A DNA stretch of 32,000 nt from Vibrio alginolyticus NBRC 15630 = ATCC 17749 (GCF_000354175.2 NC_022359.1:870001-902000), one strand, 5' to 3'; counted from the first letter of the stretch, positions 16,612 to 27,500 are shown. Program-made: numbers and translations. The notes: generated by a model from the sequence alone, not told the origin.

Positions 16612-17097
16612 TTAGGCTGTTGTATTGCTCACATTGATGGATGAAGTCGGGCAAACTGAAACACAGGCGCCGCAGCCGTTACACTCATCAAGGTCTAAAT
16701 TGGGTTGTGCTACTTTCCCCAGTTCTAATTTGAACTGAATTGCCATCGGGTCGCACATATCCCCACAGCTTCGGCATTCGACATTTTGTTTTGCTAAGCA
16801 GTTATCGTTGATACTTGCTTTTGCTTGCCAAGGTTGTTCTGTTTCTGGCAAGAAAAGGGGCTCAGGACAGGCGTTTGCACATTGATAGCAAAATGTGCAT
16901 TCATCGATGGAAAAATCGACCGAGGGGAATCCGCCATCACTTTTGGTTATAATCTTTGTTTCACAGGCCTCAATGCATTTACCGCAGCGAGTGCAATCGT
17001 CCGTAAACTGTTGCGGTTTAGTTAACCAAGGCAAACGTACGGCGTTGTCGGGGTGCGCTTTTCTTGCAAAGAGTCTTCTTCTGGAAAGGTCTACCAC
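16612..17097 (-). CDS. napF: Ferredoxin-type iron-sulfur protein NapF
   Basis: 161 aa with a GTG start and SD GAGGTG 5 nt upstream. It has four Cys clusters (CTRCGKCIEAC, CTFCYQCANAC, CRSCGDMC, CNGCGACVSVC) and an N-terminal SRRRLF pseudo-Tat motif. Confidence 0.93.
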   Translation of the reverse strand: MVDLSRRRLFARKAHPDNAVRLPWLTKPQQFTDDCTRCGKCIEACETKIITKSDGGFPSVDFSIDECTFCYQCANACPEPLFLPETEQPWQAKASINDNCLAKQNVECRSCGDMCDPMAIQFKLELGKVAQPNLDLDECNGCGACVSVCPTSSINVSNTTA

Positions 17098-17204
17098 TTA
17101 GTCACCTCGAAACTTGGAACCCAAACTAAGCATAGTCCACAATTTTCATTAATAAACTGTCATTTAAACTAACGAAATTGTAGTTTTTGACATATTTGTA
17201 TAAA

Positions 17205-17220
17205 TACCTCTTAGGGGGTA
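17205..17220. promoter_or_regulatory. NarP/NarL 7-2-7 heptamer pair in the napF-narQ divergent region
   Basis: TACCTCT-ta-GGGGGTA against the consensus TACYYMT-nn-AKRRGTA, with one mismatch. It lies about 42 bp upstream of the TSS implied by a minus-strand TACAAT -10 hexamer (17182-17177). Confidence 0.6.
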
Positions 17221-17234
17221 AATGGTATGCAATA

Positions 17235-17248
17235 TTGTTTTGGATCAA
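17235..17248. promoter_or_regulatory. FNR-type site upstream of napF
   Basis: TTGTT-ttgg-ATCAA against TTGAT-n4-ATCAA, with one mismatch. It is centred about 29 bp upstream of the NarP site relative to napF. Confidence 0.45.
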
Positions 17249-17326
17249 TAAATTCCGTCGCAGGTGATCACATATTGATAAAGTTGAAAGGTAATGGGTT
17301 CATTGCACGTACAAATAGGATTGTTA

Positions 17327-19081
17327 ATGGGCGAGGAACTCAGATTGTTTAAAAATGTGAAAAAGTCAGTGACGCGCACGATTGCGTCCGCGATGCTTCT
17401 TATTTTGCTGCTCTCAGTCGCTACGACTGGTTTTGCGATTTTTACGTTAGCGTCCAGTTTGAACGATGCTGAAGCCGTCAATGTTGCTGGCTCGATGCGA
17501 ATGCAAAGCTACCGTCTGGCGAATGATATTCAGGTTAAATCTGTTGACTATTCTTCACATATTGACGCATTTGAACATTCGATATATTCACCTTCAATGA
17601 AAGCGCTTCAGCATTGGTCTGTGCCTGAAGACATCACTCACGATTACTACCGTCTTATTATCAGATGGCATGAACTCAAGGCGGTGCTGAGAGGAGACAA
17701 CCCGGCAGAATATCAACTCCTAGTGGCCGGTTTTGTTGAACAAATCGATGAGTTTGTATTTAAGCTGCAAAGCTTTTCGGAGCAAAAACTGATTAACTTA
17801 GCCTGGATCGGCGGGTTAGGGTTGGGTGGCATCCTTTGTGTCAGTATGTTTGTCGTTCATTTTGTGCGCCTCGAAGTTGTTCGGCCTCTGCGTGCCTTAG
17901 TTTTTGCTAGCGAGCAAATTAAAAATCGCTCATTCAATATATCGCTCAATGTATCTAGCGACAATGAAATGGGAATACTGACTCGAACCTTTAACCGGAT
18001 GGCGACAGACCTTGGTAAGTTGTACCGAGGATTAGAACAAGCGGTTGATGAGAAAACACGTAAATTGCAGCATGCCAACCAGTCTTTAGAAGTGCTGTAT
18101 GACTCGTCAAAAGAACTCACGGCGTCGCGTATTAATCAAGACAATTTCCAGGCGATTTTGCAGCATATCGTCAGTCTTGAGGGCATTAAAGCGGTCAAAC
18201 TTGAAATCGAGCAGCTGGGAGAACCGAGCTGGATATTGATGGAAGGAGAAGAATGCTGCCAAGATTGTGATGAAGATTGCCACGGTAAAGCCCTGATGCT
18301 AGATGGTGAGCACTTGGGTTATTTATATTGGAAAGCAGGGTTACCTTGTCCGAACGAGGCTCTTATTGACAACTTCGTGCAGATTTTATCACGCGCCGTG
18401 TATTACAATCGGGCGCAGCGCCAAGCAGAACAAATTCTGCTGATGGAAGAGCGAGCCACTATTGCTCGGGAGTTGCATGATTCATTGGCTCAAGCACTCT
18501 CTTACTTAAAAATTCAGGTCGCTTTGTTGAAGAGAAGCGTAAAGAACTTGCCTGACGAAAAGGCGATCGCGCAGGCTAATCAAGTTATTGCCGAGCTAGA
18601 TACGGGCTTATCTGCCGCTTATACGCAGTTACGCGAGTTACTGACGACGTTTCGTCTTACGATTAAAGAGGGCAGTTTTGGCCAAGCATTGCAAGACATG
18701 GTTGAAACGCTCAGTGAACAAACTGCTGCGGACATTACGCTAAAAAATAGACTTTCATCAACTGAACTGGATGCACATCAGCAGGTTCATTTACTACAGT
18801 TGATAAGAGAAGCGGCAATTAATGCTATCAAACATGCGCAAGCAGATAATATTCACATTCAATGTCTCGATAATGATGGAAAAGTCACAGTAACCGTTAG
18901 CGACGATGGAATAGGCTTTGAACATCAAGACGAAAAATTAAATCATTACGGTATGAGTATCATGCAAGAGCGGGCCGCTAGACTGCATGCCGATCTGCAC
19001 ATCGAAGCATCGATAAACAAAGGTTGTACCGTAAAATTAGAATTCCAACATAGTAAGGAAGTAAACAGTGACAGTGTGTAA
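17327..19081 (+). CDS. narQ: Nitrate/nitrite sensor histidine kinase NarQ
   Basis: It has two TMs flanking a periplasmic domain with the P-box DAEAVNVAGSMRMQSYRL, then HAMP, a Cys-containing central module, the H-box RELHDSLAQ and an ATPase domain. The start is uncertain: ATG 17327 has the better SD spacing (AGGA, 6 nt), while the ORF track uses 17294. Confidence 0.9.
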   Translation: MGEELRLFKNVKKSVTRTIASAMLLILLLSVATTGFAIFTLASSLNDAEAVNVAGSMRMQSYRLANDIQVKSVDYSSHIDAFEHSIYSPSMKALQHWSVPEDITHDYYRLIIRWHELKAVLRGDNPAEYQLLVAGFVEQIDEFVFKLQSFSEQKLINLAWIGGLGLGGILCVSMFVVHFVRLEVVRPLRALVFASEQIKNRSFNISLNVSSDNEMGILTRTFNRMATDLGKLYRGLEQAVDEKTRKLQHANQSLEVLYDSSKELTASRINQDNFQAILQHIVSLEGIKAVKLEIEQLGEPSWILMEGEECCQDCDEDCHGKALMLDGEHLGYLYWKAGLPCPNEALIDNFVQILSRAVYYNRAQRQAEQILLMEERATIARELHDSLAQALSYLKIQVALLKRSVKNLPDEKAIAQANQVIAELDTGLSAAYTQLRELLTTFRLTIKEGSFGQALQDMVETLSEQTAADITLKNRLSSTELDAHQQVHLLQLIREAAINAIKHAQADNIHIQCLDNDGKVTVTVSDDGIGFEHQDEKLNHYGMSIMQERAARLHADLHIEASINKGCTVKLEFQHSKEVNSDSV

Positions 19082-19700
19082 AGTAATGCTGGTGGATGAT
19101 CATCCACTCATGCGAAGAGGTATCCACCAGCTTTTAAGCTTTGAGCCTGAGTTTGAGGTTATTGCAGAAGCAAGTAATGGCGCGGATGCAGTAGCGAAAG
19201 CGCATGAGCTGGAACTGGATCTTGTACTTCTTGATCTTAATATGAAAGGCATGTCTGGCCTTGATACTTTGCAAGCACTGCGTGCAGATGGCTGTGAAGC
19301 CAGAATTGTCATTCTAACCGTTTCAGATAGCCCAGCAGATATCGAAGCAATAGTTCGAAGTGGTGCCGATGGCTATTTATTGAAAGACACTGAGCCCGAT
19401 GAGTTGGTTGAGTTGCTAAAACAAGCGCACCAAGGGGACAAGGCATACAGCCAAGAAGTTTCTAAGTATTTGAGTGAACGTTCAGAGCAAGAGGACGTGT
19501 TTGATACACTGACCGATCGTGAATCTCAGATCTTAAGAGAGGTGGCAAGAGGTTTCCGCAACAAGCAAATTGCCGATCGTCTTTTTATCTCTGAGTCTAC
19601 GGTTAAAGTACATATGAAGAGTTTACTTAAAAAGCTTCAAGTTCCTTCTCGTACTGCAGCAACCGTCCTTTATCTTGAGCGCTTTGGCGACATCAAATAA
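19068..19700 (+). CDS. narP: Nitrate/nitrite response regulator NarP (NarL/FixJ family)
   Basis: 210 aa with a receiver domain (VMLVDDHPLMRRG, LVLLDLNMKGMSG) and a LuxR-type HTH (ESQILREVARGFRNKQIADRLFISESTVKVH). The GTG start overlaps the narQ 3' end by 14 nt, with AAGGA upstream. Confidence 0.92.
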   Translation: MTVCKVMLVDDHPLMRRGIHQLLSFEPEFEVIAEASNGADAVAKAHELELDLVLLDLNMKGMSGLDTLQALRADGCEARIVILTVSDSPADIEAIVRSGADGYLLKDTEPDELVELLKQAHQGDKAYSQEVSKYLSERSEQEDVFDTLTDRESQILREVARGFRNKQIADRLFISESTVKVHMKSLLKKLQVPSRTAATVLYLERFGDIK

Positions 19701-19763
19701 CATTGTTGGATTTGAATCTGTAATAATAAATAAAATCAAACAGTTATATTTATTCTGACAAAT

Positions 19764-19793
19764 AAAAAAACCGCCTGTTAGGCGGTTTTTTTT
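19764..19793. terminator. Bidirectional rho-independent terminator (narP and the 57-aa ORF)
   Basis: AAAAAAA-CCGCC-tgtta-GGCGG-TTTTTTTT. Confidence 0.8.
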
Positions 19794-19965
19794 ACTTGTC
19801 TGGGCGAATAGAGTACAAGTCACTGTTGTGCTTACCACACTCCAAATAGTACTGATAAGCCACTTTTTTGCTTTCAGCAATGACTCTCATGCAGTGCATT
19901 TTCCCCTGTTCAAAATATCGAATCTCATATTCTACACTGGTATCAAGTTGCTCAGCGGCTGCCAT
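19792..19965 (-). CDS. Hypothetical 57-aa protein
   Basis: The start is at ATG 19965 (MAAAEQLDTSVEYEIRYFEQGKMHC..) with GGAGG 6 nt upstream. The ORF ends in the bidirectional terminator. I recognise no family. Confidence 0.5.
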   Translation of the reverse strand: MAAAEQLDTSVEYEIRYFEQGKMHCMRVIAESKKVAYQYYLECGKHNSDLYSIRPDK

Positions 19966-20226
19966 ACTTCGCCTCCATAAACCATCCAAAAAACATCCAT
20001 GCAAATTATATGCCGTTATAGGGAGCGTCGTTCGGTACGTTTTTTAGCCGATAATTGCGCTCTAACTCACTTTTTTGCGGATAGCTGTGATCAAAAAGTT
20101 AATTTCAAACTCTATATATTATTAAGGTGGCAATCAATATTTGTCACACTGGTGTAAGTTTGCCGCAATACTAAGTGATACAGGTTGAGTATAGAACTTA
20201 ATCAACAGAAAAGGGAATACGAATAA

Positions 20227-21090
20227 GTGACTAAATTAAAGGATGTATCTAATAAGGCGCTTCGTTATGGCCTTCTATTTTGTTTCGTATTTCTGCTTGC
20301 CGGTTGTGCGAAAAAGTTTTTATACAGCAATATCGATTGGTTCGTGCTCGATTACTTAGAGGACTATGTCTCGTTGCAAGGGGAACAAGAAGTCCTGGTG
20401 GAAGAGCGCTTATTATTGTTGGCAGACTGGCACAAGAAAGAGGAGTTACCAATATATATCGAACATTTAAAAGACCTTGAGAGATTAAAAGCGAGCGATA
20501 TCACCTTAAATTACTTGCAACAAAATCGAGATAGAATGCGAGCGCATTACGATAGAGTGGTCAGCAAAGCAGCACCAGATCTTTTTGCGTTAAGTTTGCA
20601 ATTAACGAAAGATCAAGAACGCGAGTTTTTGAGTAATGTACAAGAACATTATCAAGAGCGAAACGCAAAATATGCCGATAAGACAGAAGACGAAGTGCGT
20701 GAAATTATTCTGGATAACACTGAAGAGTGGATGGAAGAATGGCTAGGGAATCTATCAGGAAATCAGCGTCAATTAGCTCAAACATTTTCTCAGCAAGTTA
20801 TTTTAAACAGCCCTTTATGGAGAGATTATCGAGCCACGGTATATCAAGAGCTCGAATACTTGTTCGACAACAAATCTAATGTTGTGACTTATCAAGATAT
20901 ATTTATGCGACTCTTGTTCGAACCAGAGAGTTATTATAGTGAGCAGCTTTCTCTGAATATTGACTCTAACTTTGCATTGGTTGATCAACTGACATTAGAT
21001 GTTTCTCGTTCGATGACCGATAAGCAATGGCGTCATTTTCGTGAAAAGGTTAAAGAGTGGCGAGTACTGGCTGAGGAACTTTTAGATTAA
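20227..21090 (+). CDS. Putative lipoprotein of unknown function
   Basis: 287 aa with a GTG start, a signal peptide and a lipobox (FVFLLAG|C). The mature part is helical and acidic. Function is unknown. Confidence 0.7.
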   Translation: MTKLKDVSNKALRYGLLFCFVFLLAGCAKKFLYSNIDWFVLDYLEDYVSLQGEQEVLVEERLLLLADWHKKEELPIYIEHLKDLERLKASDITLNYLQQNRDRMRAHYDRVVSKAAPDLFALSLQLTKDQEREFLSNVQEHYQERNAKYADKTEDEVREIILDNTEEWMEEWLGNLSGNQRQLAQTFSQQVILNSPLWRDYRATVYQELEYLFDNKSNVVTYQDIFMRLLFEPESYYSEQLSLNIDSNFALVDQLTLDVSRSMTDKQWRHFREKVKEWRVLAEELLD

Positions 21091-21260
21091 ATTCATGCTT
21101 CAATGAGCGAAAGCAAAGCGCAAAAGCCTTTCTTATCAAAAAATGATTCAAAGCAAATTCTTATTGAGCTATGAGCGTAACATAGCGTGAGGTTTGATGA
21201 GGCAACGTCAGATTATCAATGCGTGATAAGGCCTCATCGTACAAAACAATGAGAATAAAT

Positions 21261-22490
21261 ATGAAACATTTAGTTGAAAGATTTCTTCGATACGTCACGT
21301 TTGATACCCAATCCAATCCACATGTGACGCTTTGCCCAAGTTCACCTGGCCAGCTTGTGTTTGCTGAGTTACTTAAAAAAGAGATGCTCGAACTTGGCTT
21401 AAGTGACGTGACTTTGGATAAAAATGGCTACTTGATGGCTAAACTGCCAGCCAATGTTGATTATGCGGTTCCTCCTATCGGCTTCATTGCCCATATGGAT
21501 ACCGCGCCGGATGCATCTGGCAAAAACGTAAAGCCGCAATTCATCGAAGATTACCAGGGTGGCGATATTGCATTAGGGTTGGGGGATGAAGTGTTATCTC
21601 CCGTGCAATACCCAGATTTACATCACCTACATGGCCACAATCTTATTACTACCGATGGCACTACATTACTTGGCGCGGATAACAAAGCCGGTATCGCAGA
21701 GATTCTTTCCGCGGTAGCTCTGCTACTGGAAAACCCAGACATTCCACACGGCGACATTTGTATCGGCTTTACTCCGGATGAAGAAATCGGTCGTGGTGCA
21801 GATTTGTTTGATGTTAAAAAATTTGGCGCGAAATGGGCATACACTATAGATGGTGGCCCGCAAGGTGAATTGGAATACGAAAACTTTAATGCAGCAAACG
21901 CTGATGTAATTTTTCATGGTGTTAGCGTTCATCCAGGTACTGCAAAAGGCAAAATGGTCAATGCGATGAACTTGGCTGCGAAATTTCAAGTTCAAATGCC
22001 CCAAGATCAAACTCCGGAAACAACCGAAGGTTACGAAGGGTTCTTCCATCTAAAATCGGCAGAAATGGGCGTTGCACGAAGCGAGCTAGGTTACATTATT
22101 AGAGACTTTGACCGTCAAAGACTTGAGGATCGAAAAGCCTTTATGCAGAAACTCGTCGATGAAATGAACACGGGTTTACGCCATGGTTCTGTAGAGCTAA
22201 AAATAAAAGACAGCTATTACAATATGAGAGAAATGGTTGAGCCTTACCCTCATATCATTGAGCTGGCAAAGCAAGCGATGGAAGCGTGTGATGTGGAACC
22301 GATTATAAAACCTATTCGTGGTGGTACAGATGGTGCTCGTTTATCTTTTATGGGTTTGCCGTGCCCGAATATCTTCACCGGTGGTTTTAACTTCCACGGA
22401 ATTCATGAGTTTATTTCTGTTGAAATGATGGAAAAATCAGTACTCGTTATTGTCAAAATTGCTGAGCTCACAGCGAAAAAACACAGTTAA
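21261..22490 (+). CDS. pepT: Tripeptide aminopeptidase (peptidase T, M20B)
   Basis: The start at ATG 21261 ([20 protein letters not shown]) aligns with the enterobacterial PepT N-terminus. About 409 aa with metal-ligand contexts ([22 protein letters not shown]). Confidence 0.92.
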   Translation: MKHLVERFLRYVTFDTQSNPHVTLCPSSPGQLVFAELLKKEMLELGLSDVTLDKNGYLMAKLPANVDYAVPPIGFIAHMDTAPDASGKNVKPQFIEDYQGGDIALGLGDEVLSPVQYPDLHHLHGHNLITTDGTTLLGADNKAGIAEILSAVALLLENPDIPHGDICIGFTPDEEIGRGADLFDVKKFGAKWAYTIDGGPQGELEYENFNAANADVIFHGVSVHPGTAKGKMVNAMNLAAKFQVQMPQDQTPETTEGYEGFFHLKSAEMGVARSELGYIIRDFDRQRLEDRKAFMQKLVDEMNTGLRHGSVELKIKDSYYNMREMVEPYPHIIELAKQAMEACDVEPIIKPIRGGTDGARLSFMGLPCPNIFTGGFNFHGIHEFISVEMMEKSVLVIVKIAELTAKKHS

Positions 22491-22526
22491 AAGACTACGT
22501 CGAGACCTCTTGCAGATTTAATAACA

Positions 22527-22554
22527 AAATAGCCCAGATCTTCCTGGGCTATTT
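22527..22554. terminator. Bidirectional terminator (pepT and the deaminase gene)
   Basis: AAATAGCCCAG-atcttc-CTGGGCTATTT is a perfect 11-bp stem. Confidence 0.8.
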
Positions 22555-22572
22555 AAATATTAAGATGGAATA

Positions 22573-23037
22573 CTAGCGCACGTCTTTGTCTTCAATTTCA
22601 ATGTCTTCTAGTGGTAACCAGTCGACTTTCACACCCGCTTGATCGAACATATCTTGACTGACTTGGATTTTATCTCCCCAGCGAGATAAAAAGTCTTCAG
22701 ACTGCTCAGGGCAGTGTACGTGTGAGATCCCTGTTTGAATGATCTTTGCCGCGCAGTTAGGGCAAGGAAAATGCGTTACCCAAATATCACATCCGTCTAA
22801 GTCACGTTTTGAGAACAAAATTGCGTTCTCTTCCGCGTGCAGTGTTTTAAGGTATTTCAACTCGCGCTCATCGGTGTCGACACTGTCAGAAACACCATGC
22901 GGATAGCCATTAAATCCAACAGATACAATGCGATTCTGTTTAGTAATAACGGCACCGACTTGTGTTGATGGGTCCTTACTCCAAGACGCCACTAGTTCTG
23001 CCATCTGGTAAAAGCGTTTCGCCCATTTAGAAATCAT
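22573..23037 (-). CDS. dCMP/cytidine deaminase-family zinc enzyme (ComEB-like deoxycytidylate deaminase)
   Basis: It has the HAEENAI (H-A-E) and PCPNCA (PCxxC) zinc motifs. The start is most likely ATG 23037 (MISKWAKRF), with GAGAGG 6 nt upstream. The ATGs at 23043 and 23085 have poor or no SD spacing. Confidence 0.85.
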   Translation of the reverse strand: MISKWAKRFYQMAELVASWSKDPSTQVGAVITKQNRIVSVGFNGYPHGVSDSVDTDERELKYLKTLHAEENAILFSKRDLDGCDIWVTHFPCPNCAAKIIQTGISHVHCPEQSEDFLSRWGDKIQVSQDMFDQAGVKVDWLPLEDIEIEDKDVR

Positions 23038-23373
23038 AGTCATCCTCTCTGTCGAAGGCGTTGAATTAATTGAATGATAACCCATTTATATTAAAAAAAT
23101 AGTCAAAATCGGGGTCTTGAGTATGAAGGCGTCACTTTTTACCTTTTTAGCCACAAAACGTTCTTATCTTGAGCACTGAATCTCACTTTACGCCCGAATA
23201 CAATACTCCCGTTAGTGTTTCCAAGCACACGCTAAAATTCGCGATCTCCTAAGGCGTATATTAAATAGTTATGATTGAGTTGTATGTATATTGCTCATTG
23301 AATACCACTGTTAACTAAATTACTTTATTTTCCTTTTGTTTCTCATGTTTACATTTAGAAACACCTTGGGCGC

Positions 23374-23394
23374 TTTTCAGTGAAGTTTTCAGTG
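23374..23394 (+). repeat. Direct repeat TTTTCAGTG-aag-TTTTCAGTG upstream of the RND operon
   Basis: Two exact 9-mers at 12-bp periodicity, 63-83 bp upstream of the adaptor-gene ATG. Confidence 0.5.
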
Positions 23395-23456
23395 GCAGCA
23401 AGGAGTAAGGTTGATAGGAATTCAACAATATCCTGTTCTATAAAGACGGTAAATAC

Positions 23457-24584
23457 ATGCAAAAGAAACCACTTGTCGCACTAATGGCGGCTACAGCAAT
23501 CCTCGCTGGATGCGGGGAAGCTAATAATGCCCAAACGAAAGGTCAAGCGCCTCTCGTAGTGACTCAGGATGTCACGGTTATCGACTATCAACCGAGCAAG
23601 TCTTATATCGGTCGCATTGAAGCAGTAGAAGATACCAATATTACCGCGCAGATTTCTGGCTACTTAAAAGCTCGTCACTTTGAAGAGGGGCAAATGGTAG
23701 AAAAAGGGCAGCTCCTTTACTCTATCGAGCCATCTTCTTTTGAAGCCCAAGTCGCGAGTGCTAAAGCCGCACTTGCACAAGCTAAAGCGGCGCTAAAAAA
23801 AGCCGAATTAGATCATACTCGAGGTAAAAACTTGTTGCCTCGCGGTAGTATCTCTCAATCTGAGTTTGATGCTTTAACTGCGGCACTTCTTGGTGCGAGA
23901 GCAGAGCTAGAAGCGGCAAATGCTCAACTTAAACTTGCTGAAGTTAACCTTTCCTATACTCAAATCCGAGCACCTTTTAGCGGACGTATTAGTGATACCA
24001 AAGTGAGTACGGGTGATCTGGTTTCTCCGTCATCTGGCGTGCTGACAACTCTGGTGAGTTTAGATCCAGTTCATACCTCATTTAGTGTGAGTGAGCGTGA
24101 GCGTTTAGCTATGGGTATGGATCAAGTAAAAGGTGATGGCTCGGCTGAATCAAACCGCGTTGAAGTTCAGCTTGAACTGGAAAATGGACAGTTTTTTGAG
24201 CATCTTGGTAAGCTTGATTTCTTAGGTAATCGTATTGACACCAAAACGGGTACGATTGCTATGCGCGCGCTAGTGCCAAACCCAGAGCAGAAGTTACTTC
24301 CGGGTCAACACATCAAAGTGAACTTGAGAGATAAGAACACGAAAGACGTTATTGTTATCCCACGACGTGCCGTACAGACTGACTTAGAAGGTGACTTTGT
24401 GATGGTGATGGCTGAGGGAAGTGTGGCAGAGCGTCGTAACGTCGAGCTTGGCCCTCAGGTTGAACAAGGCATTATCATTCGAGAAGGGCTCGATCAGGAA
24501 GATACGGTTATTACACAAGGCCTACAACGTGTGCGTAATGGTGTAGAAGTGCGCCTTCAAGCACCTGCTGAAGATAAGCAGTAG
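23457..24584 (+). CDS. RND efflux periplasmic adaptor (membrane fusion) lipoprotein
   Basis: 375 aa with a lipobox (AILAG|C), a coiled-coil hairpin ([23 protein letters not shown]...) and biotinyl/lipoyl-like and beta-barrel segments typical of the AcrA/HlyD family. Confidence 0.9.
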   Translation: MQKKPLVALMAATAILAGCGEANNAQTKGQAPLVVTQDVTVIDYQPSKSYIGRIEAVEDTNITAQISGYLKARHFEEGQMVEKGQLLYSIEPSSFEAQVASAKAALAQAKAALKKAELDHTRGKNLLPRGSISQSEFDALTAALLGARAELEAANAQLKLAEVNLSYTQIRAPFSGRISDTKVSTGDLVSPSSGVLTTLVSLDPVHTSFSVSERERLAMGMDQVKGDGSAESNRVEVQLELENGQFFEHLGKLDFLGNRIDTKTGTIAMRALVPNPEQKLLPGQHIKVNLRDKNTKDVIVIPRRAVQTDLEGDFVMVMAEGSVAERRNVELGPQVEQGIIIREGLDQEDTVITQGLQRVRNGVEVRLQAPAEDKQ

Positions 24585-24592
24585 GGGGCACT

Positions 24593-27500
24593 ATGTTAAG
24601 TCGTTTCTTTATTCAGAGACCTAAATTCGCGCTGGTTATTTCGATCATATTAACGCTAGCCGGCGCGATCTCACTGGCGATTTTGCCAGTGGCTGAGTAT
24701 CCACAGATAAGCCCGCCATCAGTAAGCGTTTCGGCTTACTACACTGGCGCGAGTGCGGAAGTTGTCGAGCAGGCCATTGCGGACCCCATAGAGACCTCAG
24801 TCAACGGCGTTGAGGATATGATATACATGTCTTCAAAGAGCGCGAACGATGGCTCTTACAGCCTAAACGTCACGTTCGATGTTGGCACCGATCCAGATAT
24901 GGCGCAAGTTAACGTGCAAAACCGCGTGTCACAGATTGAGTCAAAACTGCCTCAAGAAGTTCGCATGGTTGGTGTGACGGTGAAAAAGCGTTCACCTGAC
25001 TTGCTGATGGTACTTAACTTCTATTCACCTGATGGCAAATACGATGATCAGTTCTTGATTAACTACATTAACTTGAATGTAAAAGATCAGTTGGCTCGTG
25101 CGAAAGGTATCAGTGAAGTTAACGTGATTGGTGGTGGCGAATACGCAATGCGTGTTTGGTTAGATCCTGAAAAAATGGCCAACCTTAAGCTAACCACGTC
25201 AGACGTATACGCCGCTTTGGCTGAACAGAACGTTCAAGTTGCGGCAGGGCGTGTAGGTGCAGCACCATACAACAATCCGCAAGAAGTTCAGTTTAACCTT
25301 GTGACCAAAGGTCGCTTGGAAAGCGTGAGTGAGTTTGAGAACGTAGTCCTTCGAGCTAATCCCAATGGCTCTACGGTTTATCTGAAAGATGTTGCTCGCG
25401 TTGAACTAGGCAAAAAGTTCTACGATGGTAACGGTAAGTTCCGTGGCCAGGACGCGTCAATCGTTGCGTTGTCTCTTCAATCGGATGCGAATGCGTTAGA
25501 AAGTGGTCAGGCCGTCATGGAGCTCCTTGAAGGCTTGAGCAAAAACTTCCCAGAGGGAATGGAATACGAGACCAGCTACGATACAACCGTGTTCGTATCT
25601 GAATCGATCAAAGGGGTAGTAAAAACACTGATTGAAGCGATTCTATTGGTGATTGCTGTAACTTACTTGTTCTTAGGTAGTGCGCGTGCAACGTTGATTC
25701 CTGTTGTCGCGATCCCCGTTTCTCTGATTGGTACGTTTGCCATCATGCAGGCAACGGGCTTCACCATTAATACGGTTACTTTGTTTGGCTTGATCCTTGC
25801 GATTGGTATCGTGGTGGATGATGCGATTCTGGTTATCGAAAACGTCGATACTACCATGGCGAAAGACCCAACCATCTCACCGCGTAAAGCGACGTTGCTA
25901 GCGATGAAAGAAGTAACGGGCCCAATCATCACGTCGACCTTGGTTCTACTTGCGGTATTCATACCCGTAGCCATGCTGCCAGGTATCACCGGTATCATGT
26001 ATCGCCAGTTCGCTTTGACCATCTGTATTTCGGTTGTTATTTCATCCATCAATGCATTGACGCTGTCTCCAGCACTTTGTTCCCTGGTATTGAAGCAGGG
26101 TGGGGGCAATACCGCTAACTGGTTCCAGGCTTTCAACAGAGGCTTAGAGCGCATCACTACGCGTTATGGCCAGATCGCTGGTTTCTTGGTGAAGAAGTCT
26201 TTACTGCTCGTGACGTTCTTTATAGTTGCTATCGCAGCGGTCACTTTCTTTGCGAAAACCACCTCTACAGCGTTTGTTCCTCAAGAAGATAAAGGCATTT
26301 TGCTGGTTAACGTACAGCTACCAGATTCAGCCTCTTTATCACGTACTGAAGAAGTCACCAATGATTTAATGAAAATGATCGGTGAAGAACCTGGTGTGGA
26401 TGGTGTGACGGTTGCGAACGGTTACTCGTTTATGACAGGCGCAGCAGCATCAAACGGTGCTTCTGTATTTATCAAATTGCATGACTGGGATACTCGTAAC
26501 TCGCTGCAAGGAGAGCACTCTGCTAATGCTATCGCGGCACGTATTAACGGTCGAGCGGCGACAGAGCTACCTCAAGCGGTTGTTTTTGCGATGGGACCAC
26601 CGGCGGTTCCTGGTATGGGCGCTGCGTCTGGTTTTGAGTTTGTGCTTGAAGACACGCTAGGGCGAAGTCGTACCGATTTGTCGATGGTCATGGGAGAAAT
26701 GATCCAAGCGGCTAACCAAGCGCCTGAAATTGCCTACACGTTTAGCACGTTCCGCGCGAATGTTCCGCACTACTACGTTGATATCGATCGTGAGAAAGCG
26801 CAGCAATTAGGTATTTCGCTGTCGTCTATTTTCCAAACCTTGCAAGGCAACTTAGGTTCGCTTTATGTGAATGACTTCACCATGTTTGGTAAGAACTTCC
26901 GCGTAACCATGCAAGCTGATAGCCAGCACCGTAGCAGCATGGAAGATCTAGATCGTTTCCATGTTCGTTCTTCGAACGGTGATATGGTTCCGTTAAGTAC
27001 GCTAGTGAGCTACGAGCAAGTGTTTGAGCCTGATGTGGCGTGGCGTTACAACATGTACCGCAGTGCTATCATTCAAGGCCAACCAGCACCGGGTTACTCT
27101 AGTGGTGATGCGATTGCCGCAATGGAACGCGTTGCTGCTGAAGTTCTTCCACAAGGGTATACGTATGAATGGACAGGTATGGCTTATCAGGAAGTGCTTG
27201 CGGGCAACCAAGCCATTTATGCGTTTGCGCTGGCTTTGATATTCATTTACTTGTTTATGGTGGCTCAGTATGAGAGTTGGAGTATTCCACTGGCTATTAT
27301 TTTGGTGGTCCCAGTAGCAACGTTAGGTTCCTTCCTTGCGTTGAATCTAACTGGCACGCCGCTTAACTTGTATGCCCAAATTGGTCTTGTCTTGCTCATA
27401 GCCTTGGCGGCGAAAAACGCAATTTTGATTGTGGAGTTCGCCAAGCAAGAGCGAGAAGAAAAAGATGCTGATATCGATAGTGCAGCGGTTAAAGGAGGCA

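Noticed and set aside
21091-21260. A search for an FNR site upstream of pepT, since pepT is FNR-activated in Salmonella. I noted the inverted repeats GATGAGGC/GCCTCATC (21197-21238) and GCTATG/CATAGC (21167-21186).
   Set aside because: There is no TTGAT-n4-ATCAA match with correct spacing; TTGAT and ATCAA occur 15 nt apart. The inverted repeats have long loops and no U-tract, so I cannot assign them a function.
22573-23037. The dCMP-deaminase-family gene as a possible nucleotide-depletion anti-phage defence gene.
   Set aside because: It is a small single-domain ComEB-like enzyme with no fused kinase or sensor domain. It sits among housekeeping genes with no defence-island or mobile-element neighbours.
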